Source: Octopus bimaculoides (taxonomy: Eukaryota). Taken from it: DNA of 36,554 nucleotides. Both the position numbers and the translations under genes were made by a program. The notes beneath the pieces are model-generated. The model was given only the letters and a program-made list of their open reading frames with translations, was not told the origin of the DNA and made no database searches. How positions within the stretch are numbered: the stretch's first letter is position 1; every line of letters begins with the position of its first letter. Positions 33,010 to 36,554 of the stretch are shown piece after piece. The stretch covers positions 72,099,591 to 72,136,144 of the forward strand of contig NC_068986.1 in the NCBI RefSeq assembly GCF_001194135.2. Direction: 5' to 3'.

Positions 33010-33640
33010 TATTATGGAATATCATACCATCAAGGTCACAAAATCCTCTCAGAAAGATCTAGAGTCATTTTGGGCTGGGATCTGGAATGTAAAGAAAAAA
33101 CACAAATACGATGCAATGTGGTAAATGAGTTACGAATTGGACTGAGAAACTATGCAAACTTTTCTCTCTCAAAGTATATAATATCAACAGTGAAATCCTC
33201 AAGACGGTTGTTTCAAAACACCTGGGAGAGACCTGATAGTTATTGGTACAAGAAACTCGTATTCTACAGTGCAGCTCTCGTCATCCTCTTCAAAGGAACA
33301 ATAAACACTGAGCTTGATGTGGTAGACTACCTGAGAGCAGTACGTACAACACTAGTGTAAAAAAAATAGCTGACTCGTGTAGCTAAAAACTGCCCGCCAT
33401 TCGCATGCTTGAGTATAATCTATGAATTATACACAGATTGCTTGAACGTTTTCCACCTGGATCACTGCGAAGTACACATTATGATGACTGAGGAGTAAAC
33501 AGGAAGAAAGGAAGAGGTCTGGGAAAGAACTGAGCAGCAAAACTGTCCTGGAGGAAGCGAAACCTGCCTGGCCAAGATTCCAACTACCATGGTCGATGCT
33601 ATTAAGAGACTGACAACAACATGGTCTCCAGATCTATCGA
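33010..33640 (+). mobile_element. R4/Dong-type retrotransposon fragment (N-terminal part of RT), decayed
   Basis: SQKDLESFWAGIWNVKKKHKYDAMW...PD-SYWYKKL...RTTLV...CPPFACLSIIYELYTDCL...EE*TGRKEEVW..KTVLEEAK..LAKIPTTMVDAIKRLTTTW. This matches the region upstream of RT domain 4 in this clade. Confidence 0.75.
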
Positions 33641-33733
33641 TGCACCTTCCTCTAAGTTCTTGTCTAATTCTTTTCAGAGGTCCCATATAGTGCACCCCAC
33701 AGTAGTTCTTTTACAGTGTCTGCTTTTAAAGAA

Positions 33734-34200
33734 TTAGTGTTTCTTTTGACAGAATTCAATTAGAGAGAATATTATTTCAATGCATATTGATGAATGTGTT
33801 AAATTAGTCGTAAAATCGGATAAGTCATAGTTTGAAATAAGAAGTCCATCTTTTACGTCTTTTAACTTGTACCAGTATTTATAAATATTTCGTGTTGCAT
33901 ATTCTAAAAAATTGATTGATCCAACCAGGTTGTAATTTCTGTTTAGAACGATGTAGGATGTGATTCTTTCTCCGTCTAATTGGTGACATTGGGGCAAGAG
34001 TGACACTGCTGATTATTATCGACACGGAGGTTACGCATCTTTGAAACGTATTCTGATAGCAAGCAAGCTATTTCTTGCATAGGAATCAGATCTTGAGTAT
34101 CTTTATTGATGCACAAGAAACAACAATGCAACAGTGTCGATGTAATGAGAATCAACACGGAGGAGCACTCTATTGTTTTCCATGGGTTAACACAGAAGCA
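33734..34200 (-). pseudogene. Possible Penelope-like RT remnant
   Basis: SNYDLSDFTTNLTHSSICIEIIFSLIEFC weakly resembles the (T/Y)DFSTLYT.LPH..I...L..LIE motif of PLE reverse transcriptases. Very diverged. Confidence 0.3.
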
Positions 34201-35202
34201 TAAACGATGCAAAGCTGAAAACTCAGGCTTTTGAATCGTGCAAAATGGTTGGGAATAGCATATGGATTTGAAGGAAATGGTCATCTTTCCAAGGTATATT
34301 AAAATGAAAAAAAGCATCGGCTTTGAACAATGACATTGTCTGACTTGATAAAAATGTTCTGATTATTGAGCTAAGTCTTCACAAGGGAATACAAAGCGAA
34401 CACACGTTTTCATGAAGGACTTTCACAACCGTGTGATGAACGAAGATGATAATGGAACCGACGAGTTTGTTGCTAGAATGGTGCTATCTTACCTGGATGG
34501 CAAAGGGTTTCGGAAGGATAACAGAACAGAGATACGAAACCTGGGGAGGAAAGAATAAAATGATTTGTTATATATATGGCAGTTGTATGTGAGAGTAAAG
34601 AACAAATCCACAGCGAATAGCAAAACAACATATTTGCCGCGTGGTTTGAATGGTTGCAGCTGCAACCGATTTCGGATGATGGTTGCATGGATGAAGAAGA
34701 GGGAAAGTATGTTCGGCATTTCAGTTGATGATGTATATAAAATATGATAAAAGTACATTTATAGCCTCGTATTTGTGTATGTGTTTGGTGAAATAAACAT
34801 AGATCTTAGAAACAGCTGATATAAATGTTGGTTGGTTGGTTGGTTGGTTGGTTGGTTGGTAGACCGATTTTTCTAGTCATGTTTTACACTGGATAGAGAG
34901 AGGGGAGAAAGAACTGAAGAAAGATCCAGGAAGAGTTAACGTAAGAAATCACAATCGGTAGAGGAACGCTGAAGTTGACAAGCGTTAAAGAGGATAAATG
35001 CTACGTAGTCGATGGACGCCAAATGCATAATTGTTTACGCACTCACACACACAGTCTCATATACAAGCAGTCTTCTGTCTATTACGCATGCGCGCAAACA
35101 CTTATTCACACACATACACGTACATGCACACACACTTATAACTACAGTTTAAAGAGAATTATAAATTTGACAAATAGTTTGTAGGTAATAGATTTATACA
35201 GT

Positions 35203-35273
35203 GGTGTGTGTGTGTGTGTGTGTGTGTGTGTTAGTGCGCTCGCGCATGCGTGTGTACGTGTGTACGTGTGTGT

Positions 35274-35311
<38 letters not shown>
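35203..35311. repeat. (GT)n microsatellite running into an N-gap
   Basis: Directly visible. Confidence 0.95.
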
Positions 35312-36089
35312 NNNNNNNNNNNNNNNNNNNNNNNNNNNNNNNNNNNNNNNNNNNNNNNNNNNNNNNNNNNNNNNNNNNNNNNNNNNNNNNNNNNNNNNNN
35401 NNNNNNNNNNNNNNNNNNNNNNNNNNNNNNNNNNNNNNNNNNNNNNNNNNNNNNNNNNNNNNNNNNNNNNNNNNNNNNNNNNNNNNNNNNNNNNNNNNNN
35501 NNNNNNNNNNNNNNNNNNNNNNNNNNNNNNNNNNNNNNNNNNNNNNNNNNNNNNNNNNNNNNNNNNNNNNNNNNNNNNNNNNNNNNNNNNNNNNNNNNNN
35601 NNNNNNNNNNNNNNNNNNNNNNNNNNNNNNNNNNNNNNNNNNNNNNNNNNNNNNNNNNNNNNNNNNNNNNNNNNNNNNNNNNNNNNNNNNNNNNNNNNNN
35701 NNNNNNNNNNNNNNNNNNNNNNNNNNNNNNNNNNNNNNNNNNNNNNNNNNNNNNNNNNNNNNNNNNNNNNNNNNNNNNNNNNNNNNNNNNNNNNNNNNNN
35801 NNNNNNNNNNNNNNNNNNNNNNNNNNNNNNNNNNNNNNNNNNNNNNNNNNNNNNNNNNNNNNNNNNNNNNNNNNNNNNNNNNNNNNNNNNNNNNNNNNNN
35901 NNNNNNNNNNNNNNNNNNNNNNNNNNNNNNNNNNNNNNNNNNNNNNNNNNNNNNNNNNNNNNNNNNNNNNNNNNNNNNNNNNNNNNNNNNNNNNNNNNNN
36001 NNNNNNNNNNNNNNNNNNNNNNNNNNNNNNNNNNNNNNNNNNNNNNNNNNNNNNNNNATATATATATATATATATATATAATATATATA

Positions 36090-36256
36090 CTACGTGCTTC
36101 TTTCAGTTTCCGCCAACCAACAACCAAATCCACTCGCAAGGCTTTGGTTGGTCTGAGACTATAGCAAAAGACACTTGCCCAAGGTGTCATGCAGTGGGAC
36201 TGAACCCGGAACCATGAGGTTGGGAAGCAAGCTACTTACCACACAGCCACGCCTAC
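36090..36256 (-). mobile_element. tRNA-derived SINE, family A, 5' part
   Basis: GACACTTGCCCAAGGTGTCATGCAGTGGGACTGAACCCGGAACCATGAGGTTGGGAAGCAAGCTACTTACCACACAGCCAC is the reverse complement of a close homologue of 186-330. Confidence 0.9.
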
Positions 36257-36265
36257 ACGCATGCA

Positions 36266-36313
<48 letters not shown>

Positions 36314-36554
36314 ACTATCAAAATTGGGAGATAAGTACAAGTAGATATAATGTAAGTCTCAGAAAAGGACCGAAGAACACATAGTATATCCAACAATTAG
36401 TTATGTCTTAATATATGATGTACATAGGTCCACAGAATATGAAGCAAAGTTAACAATGGAAATTTAATTTTATATGTATAAAATCCATAAAATATAAACA
36501 TTAATAAATAAATAAAATATCCTACATATGTTCCAGCTGATTTACCAAGAGCAT

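Larger units (their letters stand above)
755..36057. other. Assembly gaps (N): 755-764, 9099-9318, 15796-15942, 17366-17945, 19143-19152, 20232-21118, 21805-21814, 22371-23338, 26638-26896, 27881-28216, 35312-36057
   Basis: Directly visible. Most begin or end in simple repeats. Confidence 0.98.

Noticed and set aside
33070-33695. ORFs 33070-33360 (+) and 33462-33695 (-) as host genes
   Set aside because: They are explained as frameshifted or antisense reads of the decayed R4/Dong RT.
17269-36217. Long ORFs of 200-446 aa in the track (for example 17269-18009, 20123-21290, 22180-23520, 35201-36217)
   Set aside because: They consist almost entirely of X from N-gaps.

Overview
AT-rich, repeat-saturated animal (non-coding/intronic-like) DNA from a gapped draft assembly: 11 N-runs, nearly all flanked by microsatellites. 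The tRNA-derived SINE families and microsatellite load resemble octopod cephalopod genomes (inference from recalled repeat sequences, not a search). I see no intact protein-coding gene, and most ORF-track entries are microsatellite or N artefacts. Supportable content: (i) five decayed R4/Dong-type RLE non-LTR retrotransposon fragments, all on the + strand and mostly abutting (TAA)n-like runs; (ii) three tRNA-headed SINE families (8 copies or pieces); (iii) an internally deleted Ty3/Gypsy element with a D(35)E integrase remnant and paired LTR-like repeats; (iv) mariner, Tc1, piggyBac-like and hAT-like non-autonomous elements, including two mariner derivatives built from mirrored copies of one end; (v) a Helitron remnant and Penelope-like remnants. 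The best candidate for a novel system is a tandem 245-290 bp repeat at 28336-28862. Its first copy holds a complete minimal type I hammerhead ribozyme with a palindromic helix III, which is retrozyme- or Penelope-pLTR-like. Also unexplained: an array of a diverged ~200-bp unit at 18.1-19.4 kb, a 75-bp-arm palindrome at 452-639, and a few weak candidate exons.
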